64,000 nt of DNA from an uncultured Verrucomicrobiota bacterium (GTDB taxonomy: Bacteria > Verrucomicrobiota > Kiritimatiellia > CAIQIC01 > Lenti-01), in the NCBI GenBank assembly GCA_964510645.1, contig CAZECJ010000002.1, positions 11,432 to 75,431 on the forward strand, written 5' to 3'. Below the pieces are notes generated by a model that worked only from the letters and a program-made list of their open reading frames with translations, did no database searches and had not been told where the DNA came from. Numbering within the stretch: position 1 is the first letter of the stretch; each line of letters starts with the position of its first letter. Made by a program: the position numbers and the translations under genes. Positions 1 to 9,077 of the stretch are shown one piece after another.

Positions 1-2
1 GG

Positions 3-3000
3 GTGTGGTTCGACGTCGACCGCGACGGCATCCAGGATTCCGGCGAAACCAATTTCATCGCCAACGTCCCCGTCTCCCTGATGACGACCAACGGGGTGGC
101 GGTGACCTCGACCTGGACGTCGGCGGATGGGGTATATCTGTTCGCCAACGTCCTTCCGGGCACCTATTACGTCCGCTTCGATCTGACGAACGTCACGGCC
201 TATGTCACGCTGGCGCCGGCCAACCAGGGCGGCGACGGCGCCGTCGACAGCGACGTGATCGGCGGCGGCACGCGGAACTATGCCTGGACGACGAATTTCA
301 CGGTTTCCGGCGGCCAGACGAATCTGGATCTGGATCTGGGCCTCATGACGCTCAAGGCCACCCGCGCCGATCTGGCCGAAGTCTGGGGCGAGTGGAAGGA
401 CGGCGAAGGGCGCGTGGGGTGGCGCACGAGCGCGGAATGGAACACGGCGGGTTTCTTCGTGTATCGCGTCGATCCGGAAACCGGAGCCGAAACGCCGTTG
501 AACGAAATGCCGGTGCCTTCGGCCTTCGAGGCGGCCGGTGCGGTCTACGAGCTGGCGGATCCCGCCGCCCGCGCCGGCGGCGGCGGAACCTATCGGCTGG
601 AAGAACTGGAATTGTCGGGCGGCACGATGGATCTCGGAACGCACGCCGTGGCGTTTGCGGGCGAGCCGGCCGCGGCGAAAGCCGCGCGCGCCGAAATCCG
701 GACGGCGCGGGCGATCCGTTCGGCGAAGCCGAAAGCCGCGCCGAAGGCGGACGGACCGTCGTCCGTGCTGAAGGTCTTCGTGCGCCACGAAGGCCTCTAC
801 GGCGTCGCGCTGCAAGCCATCGCCGCCGGCATGGGCCGGACGCTCGAAGACGTGCAGGCGCTCGCGGCGGCTGAACGGTTCTCCCTCTACGCGCAAGGCA
901 GCCCGGTGCCGACGATCTACGACGAAGCGCGCGGCCGGCTGGTCTTCCGCGGGCAAGGCCTCCGCGGGCGGTATGCGCGCGACAACGCCTACCTGATCTC
1001 GGCAGGCGACGGCCGGACGATGCCGCGCCGCGAACCCGGCGCGACGGATGGCCAGACGGTTTTCCCCGCGACGGTGCGCTTCGAGGAAGATCGCAACGTG
1101 TTCGACAGTCCCACGGTGCCGCTCGAAGACTACTTCTACTGGGATTACGTCATCGCCGGAACCAACGCGGCCTCCCTGAAGGATTTCCCGATCGACCTGA
1201 CGGGCGCGGCCGGCGACGTGTCGCTGAAGGTGCGCGTGATGGGCTGGTCCAGCGCGACGAACGATCCGGACCACCGGGCGGAATTCCGGTTCAACGGAAC
1301 GACGGTGGGGGCGGCGATCTTCGACGGCCAGGAATCGGTCGAGGCCGAAGTGTCCGTGCCCGCCTCGCTGGTCTCCAACGGCATGAACGTGCTTTCGGTG
1401 AAGGGTGTGCTGCAGGCGGGCGTCAAGTCCAGCGCCTTCGTGGTGGACTGGATCGAAGCGACGTTCGAACGCGAGCTGGTGCCGTTGTCCGGCACGGCGC
1501 ATGTCGCCGCCAACGGCGCCTCGGCGGTTTCGGCCGCGGCCTTTGCGGCGCCGTTGGCGCTCGCCTTGGACGCGGACGGGAACCCGACGTGGATCGCCGA
1601 CGAAAACGGCGGATTGCCGGGCAAGGCGTGGTCGGTTTCTCCGGAAAACATGCGCTATGCGGTCGTTGAGGCCGAAAGCCTGCCGCTGCTCGATCCCGAG
1701 CCGGCGGCGGCCGACGCCTGGTTCCTGTCGGAGACGAACCGCATCGATTATCTGGTGGTCGTCTCGCGCGCGCTCGCCGCCGCGGCGCAGGAGCTGGCGG
1801 ATTACCGCGCAGGCCAAGGCCTGCGCGTCGGCGTGGCGGTCTTCGAAGAGATCTGCGACCTGATGGCGGACGGCGTGCGCACGCCGGAAGCGATTCCGGA
1901 ACTGCTGGCCTATGCCGAGGGCATTTGGGCGGAGGCTCCGTGGATGGTCGTGCTGGCGGGCAACGGGAGCTACGACTACTTCGGCACGCTGGGCAGCGAG
2001 GTCAACCATCTCCCGCCGATGCTGGTCCAGACGGCCGAAGGACTGTTCGCCGCCGACGAGCTGCTCGCCGACAGCGGCGGCGACGAGTTGCCGGACGTGG
2101 CTATCGGGCGGTTGCCTGCGCTCACGGCGGAGGAATTGGCGGCGATGATCGCGAAGGTCAAGGCCTACGAGGCCGGCTTCGGGCAGAACTGGCAGGGGCA
2201 GATCGTGTTTGCGTCCGACACGAACGATGCCGCCGCCGGCCGTTTCGCGGCGGCCAACGAAAATCTGGCCTCGCTGGTCGGCGGCAAGCACGCGGCGGAT
2301 GTCGTCGATCTGAACGTGACGGCCCTCACCCCGGCCCGCAACAAGCTGATGTCGTATTTCCAGAGCGGCGCGGGAATGATCCACTACACCGGCCATGGCG
2401 GCGTCGCCAACTGGAGCGCGAAGGGCCTGTTGAAGGCGACGGACGTGGCGGCGATGAACAACCCGAACCAGCCCCCGGTGGTGGCGGCGTTGAGCTGCCT
2501 GGTGGGCCGCTACGAAGCGCCCGGCGTGAACAGCCTCGGCGAATTGCTGATGCGCAAGGCCGACGGCGGCGCGGCGGCGGTTTGGGGCCCGTCGGGCCTG
2601 TCGCGCAACGATCCGGCCGTCGAGCTCGGCGCGGCCTTCTATCGCGCCGTCCTGCAGGACGGCGCCGGCACGCTGGGACGGGCCGTGTTGCGGGCGCGCC
2701 GCAGCCTGGCGGCGGACTTGTTCAAGCAGGACACCTTCGGCGTCTACAATCTGCTGGGCGATCCCGCCCTGCGCATCGCGAACAACGCGGGCGGGCATCC
2801 CGCCGACGAAACCTTCGCCCAGTGGCGCTGGCAGCGGTTTGCGCCGGCCGAATTGGCCGATGCGGAAACCAGCGGCGCGACGGACGCCAACTTCAGGGAC
2901 TATGCGCTGGACGGCGGCTATGACATCGTGGCCGAGCTGCCTGAATTCGGCTATCCGTCGCCCGTCGTGGACGAAACGAGGCCTCGGGCCGACGACGGGG

Positions 3001-3221
3001 ATGGCTTCGTCATGCGCTGGAAGCGCCGCATCCGCCGCGCCGACGTCGAATATCGCTTGTTCCTGTCGCACGATCTGGAAACCTGGTCGGACGATCCGGC
3101 TCAGCTGGAAGAAGTCGGCACGGAGCCCGATCTCGACGGCGTGATGGAAACCGTGCGCACCCGCATCAAGCGCACGGACGCGGAACGCACCTATCTGGGC
3201 ATCAAGGCCAAGAAGAAGTAA
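3..3221 (+). CDS. Peptidase C25 (gingipain-like) family surface protein with SdrD B-like repeat; 5'-partial
   Basis: The frame is open to the window start. The N-end carries 'DRDGIQDSGETN' (SdrD B-like/Cna-type repeat). The C-half has C25 hallmarks: 'NRIDYLVVVSRAL', a His-Gly motif 'IHYTGHGG' and a Cys motif 'VVAALSCLVG'. Long colinear identical stretches are shared with the downstream paralog ('GFFVYRVDPETGAET', 'WFLSETNRIDYLV', 'APWMVVLAGNG', 'YNLLGDPALRIA'). Confidence 0.75.
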   Translation: MWFDVDRDGIQDSGETNFIANVPVSLMTTNGVAVTSTWTSADGVYLFANVLPGTYYVRFDLTNVTAYVTLAPANQGGDGAVDSDVIGGGTRNYAWTTNFTVSGGQTNLDLDLGLMTLKATRADLAEVWGEWKDGEGRVGWRTSAEWNTAGFFVYRVDPETGAETPLNEMPVPSAFEAAGAVYELADPAARAGGGGTYRLEELELSGGTMDLGTHAVAFAGEPAAAKAARAEIRTARAIRSAKPKAAPKADGPSSVLKVFVRHEGLYGVALQAIAAGMGRTLEDVQALAAAERFSLYAQGSPVPTIYDEARGRLVFRGQGLRGRYARDNAYLISAGDGRTMPRREPGATDGQTVFPATVRFEEDRNVFDSPTVPLEDYFYWDYVIAGTNAASLKDFPIDLTGAAGDVSLKVRVMGWSSATNDPDHRAEFRFNGTTVGAAIFDGQESVEAEVSVPASLVSNGMNVLSVKGVLQAGVKSSAFVVDWIEATFERELVPLSGTAHVAANGASAVSAAAFAAPLALALDADGNPTWIADENGGLPGKAWSVSPENMRYAVVEAESLPLLDPEPAAADAWFLSETNRIDYLVVVSRALAAAAQELADYRAGQGLRVGVAVFEEICDLMADGVRTPEAIPELLAYAEGIWAEAPWMVVLAGNGSYDYFGTLGSEVNHLPPMLVQTAEGLFAADELLADSGGDELPDVAIGRLPALTAEELAAMIAKVKAYEAGFGQNWQGQIVFASDTNDAAAGRFAAANENLASLVGGKHAADVVDLNVTALTPARNKLMSYFQSGAGMIHYTGHGGVANWSAKGLLKATDVAAMNNPNQPPVVAALSCLVGRYEAPGVNSLGELLMRKADGGAAAVWGPSGLSRNDPAVELGAAFYRAVLQDGAGTLGRAVLRARRSLAADLFKQDTFGVYNLLGDPALRIANNAGGHPADETFAQWRWQRFAPAELADAETSGATDANFRDYALDGGYDIVAELPEFGYPSPVVDETRPRADDGDGFVMRWKRRIRRADVEYRLFLSHDLETWSDDPAQLEEVGTEPDLDGVMETVRTRIKRTDAERTYLGIKAKKK

Positions 3222-3250
3222 CGATTCGCCGGCGCTCCCGGCGCTCACCG

Positions 3251-3269
3251 TTTTCCACACTGTGGAAAA
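3251..3269. repeat. Single copy of the 19-bp palindrome family: TTTTCCACaCTGTGGAAAA
   Basis: A perfect 9+1+9 palindrome read directly from the sequence. It lies 30 nt after the stop of CDS 3..3221 and 383 nt upstream of ATG 3652. Confidence 0.85.
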
Positions 3270-3651
3270 TCAGTCCCCGCTCCCGTAACGGCGTTGCCTA
3301 AGGCGGGCCGGCAGCCTCGCCCCATGAAGCGGCAAGCATAGCGGCGTCGTGCCGACGCTTTCCAAAAACATCTATCGCTTGGCTGGCGTCAGATGCGTTT
3401 GCCCGGGGTGGGTTACCCCCCATAGTCCCGGTCCGGGGGGGGGAGTAGGGTTTGTTGGGTGCAGTGGGTATCCATTCTCCCCGCCCCCTCTGGCAAACCG
3501 GGGGGAGAAAATGCGGACCTGCTTGGATCTTTGAATCGCAACCATAAAGCACGAGAAACAAATGAAGCCGGATCGATCCATCGAAGTAGACGGAAAATCG
3601 CCGCCGGCATGTTCATGGAGGTCGGCTTGGAATGGGGCGAATCGGATTTCC

Positions 3652-6600
3652 ATGGGACTGCTCTGGGCGGTCGCGATGGTTTTGTCGCTTCAAGAAGCCC
3701 CCGCGCAGATGGTCGATCTGGGTTCCGCCTCCGGGTTTGCCGTTCTGGCCGGCGCCGGGATCACCATCGGCGCTTCGGGCACGACCACGATCGCCGGGGA
3801 TATCGGGTCGTATCCCACCGCGACCATCACGGGCACGGAAAATCTGGACTTGGACGGGACCAACCACGGGGGCGATGCGGTCACGCAGGCCGCCAAAATC
3901 GATCTGGCCACGGCGTATGCCGATGCCGCCGGCCGCACCCCCACCACGACGTATCCGCCGATCTATGATCTGGGAGGACAGACCCTCGGCCCCGGCGTCT
4001 ACGACGATCCCAGTTCATTCGGGATCACCGGCATCCTGACGCTGGATGCCGGCGGCGACCCGGATGCGGTTTGGATCTTCCAGGCCGGGTCCACGCTCAT
4101 CACGGCCTCGGGCAGCCAGGTGGTGTTGATCAATGGCGCGCAGGCCGGCCGCGTTTTCTGGCAAGTGGGCACGTCGGCGACGCTCGGAACGGGCACGGAC
4201 TTCGCGGGAACTCTCTTGGCCTCCGCATCCATCACGCTGGCGGCCGGCGCATCGGTGGGGGGAAGCCTGTTGGCTCTGAATGGCGCCGTCACGTTGGACG
4301 ACAATGCGATCGCGCGGAGCGCCGACCTCGCCGTTCTCGGCGACCGGGCGTGGTTCGACGCCGACCGCGACGGCATTCAGGATGCAGGCGAGACCAACGG
4401 GGTTACCGGCGTGCCCGTGGCGCTGCTGGACGTCGATTCGAACGTGGTGGCTGCGACCACTACCGATGCCGGAGGCCACTACCTGTTCGCGAACCTGGCC
4501 GCGGGCGGCTATCGGGTGCGGTTCGACCTCTCCACGGTCACCACGAATGTAATCATCAGTTCCGCCGACCAGGGCGGCGACGACGCTCTCGACAGCGATG
4601 CGACCACCGGCGATACGGGCGGCTACGTCGGCACGGAACTCGTCTCCATCGGCGGGAGCGAGACCAACCGGAGCGTCGACCTGGGCCTGCGGGTGCGCGG
4701 CACGACCCGCGCGTCCCTCGCCGAAGTCTGGGGCGAGTGGAGCGGCGGCGCAGGGCGCGTCGTTTGGCAGACGAGTTCGGAGTGGGGAACGGCGGGATTC
4801 TTCGTCTACCGCGTCGATCCGGAGACGGGCGCGGAAACGCGCCTGAACGACGTGCTGGTGGCGTCGGCGTTCCGCGAGGCCGGCTCGGTCTACGAGCTGG
4901 AAGATCCGGCACCCCGGGAAGGCGGTGCGGCGACCTATCGGATCGAGGAAATCGAGCTGTCGGGCGGTTCGCTGGATCTGGGTACTCACGAGGTGGCATT
5001 TGCCGCGGCGCGGCCCCGGGCCAAAGCCGCGAAGGCGACGCTGTCGAAGGCGCTGCTGGCGCTGCCCAAGCTGGCGGGGCCGTCGCCGATCCTGAAAGTG
5101 CTCGTGCGCGACGAAGGCCTCTACGGCGTGGGGCTGCAAGCCATCGCCGAGGGGATGGGAACCGCGCTGGCGGACGCGCAGGCCCTGGCGGAGACGGAGT
5201 CACTGGAAATTTCAGAGCGGGGTACGCCGGTGCCGGTGCTCTATGACGCGGCGCGCGCGCGGCTCGTGTTCCATGGCGAGCCGACGGACGACTGGTACAC
5301 GCGTGACAACGCCTATTTGATTTCGGAAGGCGCGGGGCTCCCGATGCCGCGGCGCGAGCCCGGCGCGTCCTCCGGCGAATCGGTCTTTCCGGCGCAGGTG
5401 CGATTCGAACTGGATCGGTATCCGTTCGACATCGCCACGACCCGGCCCGAGGACTTCTACTACTGGGACTATGTCATCAGCGGTGCGACCAACGCGACTT
5501 CGCTGCGGGACTTTCCGCTGGATCTTGCGGGCGCGGCCGTCGCCGTCGCGCTGAAGGTGCGCCTGATGGGCTGGTCGAGCACGACCAACAACCCCGACCA
5601 CTTGGCGGAATTCCGTTTCAATGGAACCCGCGTGGGTTTGGTCTCCTTCGACGGGCAGGATTCCATCGAGACCGAGGTGTCCGTGCCCGTCGCGCTGGTT
5701 TCGAATGGCGCGAACGTGCTTTCCGTGAAGGGCGTGCTGCAGCCCGGACGCAGCCACAGCTATTTCGTGGTGGACTGGATCGAGGCGTCGTTCGCGCGCG
5801 CGCTGGTGCCGCGGGCCGGCACGGCGCACTTCGCGGCCGGCGGCGCGGCGGCGGTTTCGGCGGCGGCGTTTGCCGCTCCGTTGGCGCTGGCCCTGGACGG
5901 GGAGGGGCATCCGACGTGGATCGCAGATGAAAACGGCGAGCTGCCGGCCAAGTCGTGGACGGCGGCGGAAGCCGACAGGCGCTTCGCGGTCGTCGAGTCG
6001 GCTTCCGTTCCGATGCTGGTACCGGAATCGGTGAACGCCGATCCGTGGTTCCTGTCGGAAACGAACCGCATCGATTACCTTGTGCTCACGTCGCGCGCGC
6101 TGGAACCGGCGGCGCAGGAGCTGGCGGACTATCGCTCCGCTCAAGGGTTGCGCGTCGGCGTGGCGACCTTCGAAGACGTCTGCGACGGGATGGCCGGCGG
6201 CCTGCGCACGCCGGAAGCGATTCCGGAGCTGCTGGCCTATGCGGCCGCGACCTGGGCGGAAGCCCCGTGGATGGTGGTGCTGGCGGGCAACGGGCACTAC
6301 GACTATCTGGGCGCGCTGAGCAACGAGGTGAACCATGTGCCCCCGCTGATGCTCCAGACCCTCGCGGGGCTCTTCGCGGCGGACGGCTTGCTGGCGGACG
6401 CCACGGGAGACGGGGTGCCGGACGTCGCGATCGGCCGCCTGCCGGCGCGGACCGCGGCGGAGCTGACCGCGATGATCGCGAAGATTAGGGCCTACGAGGC
6501 TGCCTTTGGTTCGGCTTGGCAGAACGAGTTCGTCCTGGCGGCCGACGTCGCCGATGCGGCGGGCGACTTCTCGACGGCGAACGCGATCTTCGCCGCATTG

Positions 6601-7521
6601 GCGACGGCTCCGCATGCGGTGGTCGAGCGCATCGACCTGGACACGCAGGCGATCGCCTCGGCGCGCACGAACCTGATGAACCGGTTCAAGGCCGGAGCGG
6701 GCTTCATCCATTACACGGGCCATGGCGGAGTCAACAGCCTCAGCGCGCTCGGACTGCTGAAAGCGGCGGACGTCCAAGCGATGACCAACGTCCGCGCGCC
6801 GGTGGTGGTGACGCTGAGTTGCCTCGTCGGCCGCTTCGAAGCTCCGGCCGTGGACAGCCTGGGCGAATTGCTGATGCGCCAAACGCACGGCGGGGCGACG
6901 GCGGTCTGGAGTCCTTCGGGAATGTCCCTCAATCCGCCGGCGACGGAACTGGCCGAGGCGTTCTATCGCGCCGTCCTGCAGGAAGGTTCCGGTACGCTGG
7001 GGCTGGCGATCCTGCGGGCGCGCCGCGCGAGGCAGGCCAACTTCTTCACCCAGGACACCCTCGCCATCTACAACCTGCTGGGCGATCCGGCGCTGCGCAT
7101 CGCCGGCAACGTGGGCGGGCATTCCTCCGATGAAAGCTTCGCGCAATGGCGCTGGCAGCGGTTTTCACCGGAAGAACTGGCCGACCCTCAAACCAGCGGC
7201 GCGACGACGAACATCTTCTTCGACTACGCGATGGACGGTGGATACGAGGTGCTGGCCGAACGGCCCGAATTCGGCTTCGAGTTGCCGGAAGACGACGGGC
7301 CCGGATTCATCTTGCGCTGGAAGCGCCGGATCCTGCGCGCGGACGTCGAGTACCGCTTGTATGTTTCAGATGATCTGATACATTGGGAAGCAGAACCCGC
7401 CGACTTGGAGACCGTTGGCGTGGAGCCGGATGTGGATGGCGTGATGGAGACCGTTCGCACGCGGGTGGACCGCCCGCTGGCCGCGCGCGTTTTCGTGGTC
7501 GTCCGGGCCCGGAAAAAGTAG
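3652..7521 (+). CDS. Surface protein: DUF3494/ice-binding-like beta-helix + SdrD B-like repeat + peptidase C25 domain
   Basis: A signal-like 'MGLLWAVAMVLSLQEAPAQ' starts at ATG 3652; the ORF-track start 3562 is less likely. 'LGSASGFAVLAGAGITIGASGTTTIAGDIGS...FAGTLLASASITLAAGASVGGSLLALNGAVTL' is the DUF3494/ice-binding-like pattern. It is followed by 'DRDGIQDAGETN' and C25 motifs 'IHYTGHGG' and 'VVVTLSCLVG'. Confidence 0.75.
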   Translation: MGLLWAVAMVLSLQEAPAQMVDLGSASGFAVLAGAGITIGASGTTTIAGDIGSYPTATITGTENLDLDGTNHGGDAVTQAAKIDLATAYADAAGRTPTTTYPPIYDLGGQTLGPGVYDDPSSFGITGILTLDAGGDPDAVWIFQAGSTLITASGSQVVLINGAQAGRVFWQVGTSATLGTGTDFAGTLLASASITLAAGASVGGSLLALNGAVTLDDNAIARSADLAVLGDRAWFDADRDGIQDAGETNGVTGVPVALLDVDSNVVAATTTDAGGHYLFANLAAGGYRVRFDLSTVTTNVIISSADQGGDDALDSDATTGDTGGYVGTELVSIGGSETNRSVDLGLRVRGTTRASLAEVWGEWSGGAGRVVWQTSSEWGTAGFFVYRVDPETGAETRLNDVLVASAFREAGSVYELEDPAPREGGAATYRIEEIELSGGSLDLGTHEVAFAAARPRAKAAKATLSKALLALPKLAGPSPILKVLVRDEGLYGVGLQAIAEGMGTALADAQALAETESLEISERGTPVPVLYDAARARLVFHGEPTDDWYTRDNAYLISEGAGLPMPRREPGASSGESVFPAQVRFELDRYPFDIATTRPEDFYYWDYVISGATNATSLRDFPLDLAGAAVAVALKVRLMGWSSTTNNPDHLAEFRFNGTRVGLVSFDGQDSIETEVSVPVALVSNGANVLSVKGVLQPGRSHSYFVVDWIEASFARALVPRAGTAHFAAGGAAAVSAAAFAAPLALALDGEGHPTWIADENGELPAKSWTAAEADRRFAVVESASVPMLVPESVNADPWFLSETNRIDYLVLTSRALEPAAQELADYRSAQGLRVGVATFEDVCDGMAGGLRTPEAIPELLAYAAATWAEAPWMVVLAGNGHYDYLGALSNEVNHVPPLMLQTLAGLFAADGLLADATGDGVPDVAIGRLPARTAAELTAMIAKIRAYEAAFGSAWQNEFVLAADVADAAGDFSTANAIFAALATAPHAVVERIDLDTQAIASARTNLMNRFKAGAGFIHYTGHGGVNSLSALGLLKAADVQAMTNVRAPVVVTLSCLVGRFEAPAVDSLGELLMRQTHGGATAVWSPSGMSLNPPATELAEAFYRAVLQEGSGTLGLAILRARRARQANFFTQDTLAIYNLLGDPALRIAGNVGGHSSDESFAQWRWQRFSPEELADPQTSGATTNIFFDYAMDGGYEVLAERPEFGFELPEDDGPGFILRWKRRILRADVEYRLYVSDDLIHWEAEPADLETVGVEPDVDGVMETVRTRVDRPLAARVFVVVRARKK

Positions 7522-7578
7522 GGAGAGGCTGGTGAGGGTGCGAGTCGCGAAAAACGAGAGGCCCCGCGCGGCCGGGAA

Positions 7579-7651
7579 GTTTTCCATACCATGGAAAACG
7601 ATTCCGGTTTTTTTCCGCCCTGTGGAAAAAGATTTTCCACGCCGTGGAAAA
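7579..7651. repeat. Array of three copies of the TTTTCCAC-N3-GTGGAAAA palindrome (candidate operator array)
   Basis: The copies are GTTTTCCATaccATGGAAAAC (7579..7599), TTTTTCCGCCCTGTGGAAAAA (7610..7630) and TTTTCCACgccGTGGAAAA (7633..7651). Centre-to-centre spacings are 31 and 22 bp. The array ends 57 nt upstream of the PqqD ATG. Confidence 0.85.
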
Positions 7652-7707
7652 CCGACGGGCTGGGGCGAAAACGGGGCGGGAACGTGACCGCACCGAAGAC
7701 CTTTCGG

Positions 7708-7977
7708 ATGAAGGGCCGGGTGGTGCTGCGCCGAATCGGCGAGGACCGCCTGCTGGTGCCGGTATCGGGCGGCGCCGCGCGCGAGAACTGCGTGTTTCCC
7801 CTCAACGAAACGGGCGAATTCATCTGGAATTATCTGACGCAGGGCCGGACGCTGGACGAAACGGCGGCGGCGGTGGTCGCCGCGTTCGCCGTGGCTTTGG
7901 AAGAAGCGCTGCGCGATTGCCGCGGGTTCGCCGAAAAACTGGTGTCGCATGGGTTGCTCGAGGAGGGGCCGCCGTGA
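7708..7977 (+). CDS. PqqD-family peptide chaperone (RiPP recognition element)
   Basis: The 89-aa product 'MKGRVVLRRIGEDRLLVPVSG...FPLNETGEFIWNYLTQGRTLDETAAAVVAAF...FAEKLVSHGLL' has the typical PqqD layout. Its stop overlaps the next start (GTGA at 7974). ATG 7708 was chosen because the longer ORF-track start 7591 lies inside the palindrome array. Confidence 0.75.
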   Translation: MKGRVVLRRIGEDRLLVPVSGGAARENCVFPLNETGEFIWNYLTQGRTLDETAAAVVAAFAVALEEALRDCRGFAEKLVSHGLLEEGPP

Positions 7978-9077
7978 GCGGTTCGCCCGCCGAGATGGAG
8001 AGGACCGCCGCCCGCTGGACGGTCGATTTCCGCGCCCGAGCCGCGCAGGCGCGCCGGCCGATTTCCGCCACGCTGGAACTGACGCGGCGCTGCAACCTGC
8101 ATTGCGCCCACTGCTACCTCGGCGATCAGGCCGAACAGCACCGGCGGCGCGACCGCGAACTCGGTGCGGAGGCCGTGAAGGCGGCGCTCTCCGAATGGGC
8201 CGAGGCCGGCTGCCTGTACGTGCTGATCACGGGCGGCGAACCGCTGTTGCGCCCCGACTTCGCCGATGTCTACCGCCATGCGCGCGGGCTGGGGCTGGTG
8301 GTGACGGTCTTTTCCAATGGGACGCTCGTGGACGATGAAACCCTCGCGCTGTTTCGCGAACTGCCGCCGCGCCGGGTGGAGATCAGCCTCTACGGCGCGA
8401 CGGCGGAAGTCCACGACGCCGCCACCGGCGTGCCGGGTTCGCATGCGCGCGCCTGGGCCGGCATCCGCCGCCTGCACGCGGCGGGCGTGCGCGTCGGACT
8501 CAAGACCCTGCTGATGACGACCAATCTCCGCGAGTTCGCGGCCATGGAACGCCAAGCCCGGGATCTGGGCGTCCGCTTCCGCCACGATGCGGCGATCACC
8601 CCCTGCCTGCACGGTGGATCGCGCGCGCCGCTGGCGCTGCGCGTGTCGCCGGAAGAAGCGGTGCGGGCGGACATGGCGACGGCCGAGCGCCGTTCGACGT
8701 GGCGCGAGTCGATCGAGCAAGCCGCGGCGCGGCCCGAGGGGGATCGCCTCTATGGCTGTTCGGCCGGGCAGACCTTTTTCCACTGCGATCCGTTTGGCGG
8801 CCTGTCGCCGTGCCTCATGGCGGAGAGCGATCGCTGCGTTCCCGGCGGCCGCGCGTTCCGGGAAATCTGGAGCCGCGAGTTGGCGGCCATCCGCGGCCGG
8901 AAACGCACGCGGGCCGGCGGCAGCTTTTCCGGCGTTTTGCGCGGCGCGTGCGCGCATTGTCCGGCCTTCAACCGGGTGGAAACCGGTGACGAGGAAATGG
9001 AATCCGCTTACATGAAACAAACGACCCTGTTGCGTTACCAAGCGGCGATGACCCCCCCTGACGGAGAATGCCTATGA
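7974..9077 (+). CDS. Radical SAM peptide maturase (PqqE-like) with Cys-rich SPASM/twitch-like C-terminus
   Basis: 'LELTRRCNLHCAHCY' carries the CxxxCxxC motif and 'ITGGEPLLRPD' the GGE motif. The C-terminal Cys cluster is 'CSAGQTFFHCDPFGGLSPC...CAHCPAF'. GTG 7974 overlaps the PqqD stop; ATG 7995 is an alternative start. Confidence 0.85.
   Translation: MSGSPAEMERTAARWTVDFRARAAQARRPISATLELTRRCNLHCAHCYLGDQAEQHRRRDRELGAEAVKAALSEWAEAGCLYVLITGGEPLLRPDFADVYRHARGLGLVVTVFSNGTLVDDETLALFRELPPRRVEISLYGATAEVHDAATGVPGSHARAWAGIRRLHAAGVRVGLKTLLMTTNLREFAAMERQARDLGVRFRHDAAITPCLHGGSRAPLALRVSPEEAVRADMATAERRSTWRESIEQAAARPEGDRLYGCSAGQTFFHCDPFGGLSPCLMAESDRCVPGGRAFREIWSRELAAIRGRKRTRAGGSFSGVLRGACAHCPAFNRVETGDEEMESAYMKQTTLLRYQAAMTPPDGECL

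Noticed and set aside
7579-7651. Whether the regularly spaced palindromes are a mini-CRISPR array.
   Set aside because: There are only 2-4 copies per site. Centre spacings of 22-31 bp leave 2-12-bp gaps rather than spacers. The repeats are degenerate and no cas genes are present.
7591-7707. N-terminal extensions of ORF-track entries that run through the palindrome arrays (7591.., 7644.., 41224..42378 and 56509..57456). They give peptides such as 'FSTPWKT', 'FPQRGKT' and 'FSTPWKN'.
   Set aside because: The recurring 'F(S/P).(P/L)WK' strings are just translations of TTTTCCAC...GTGGAAAA. Better starts with RBS or gene overlap exist downstream.
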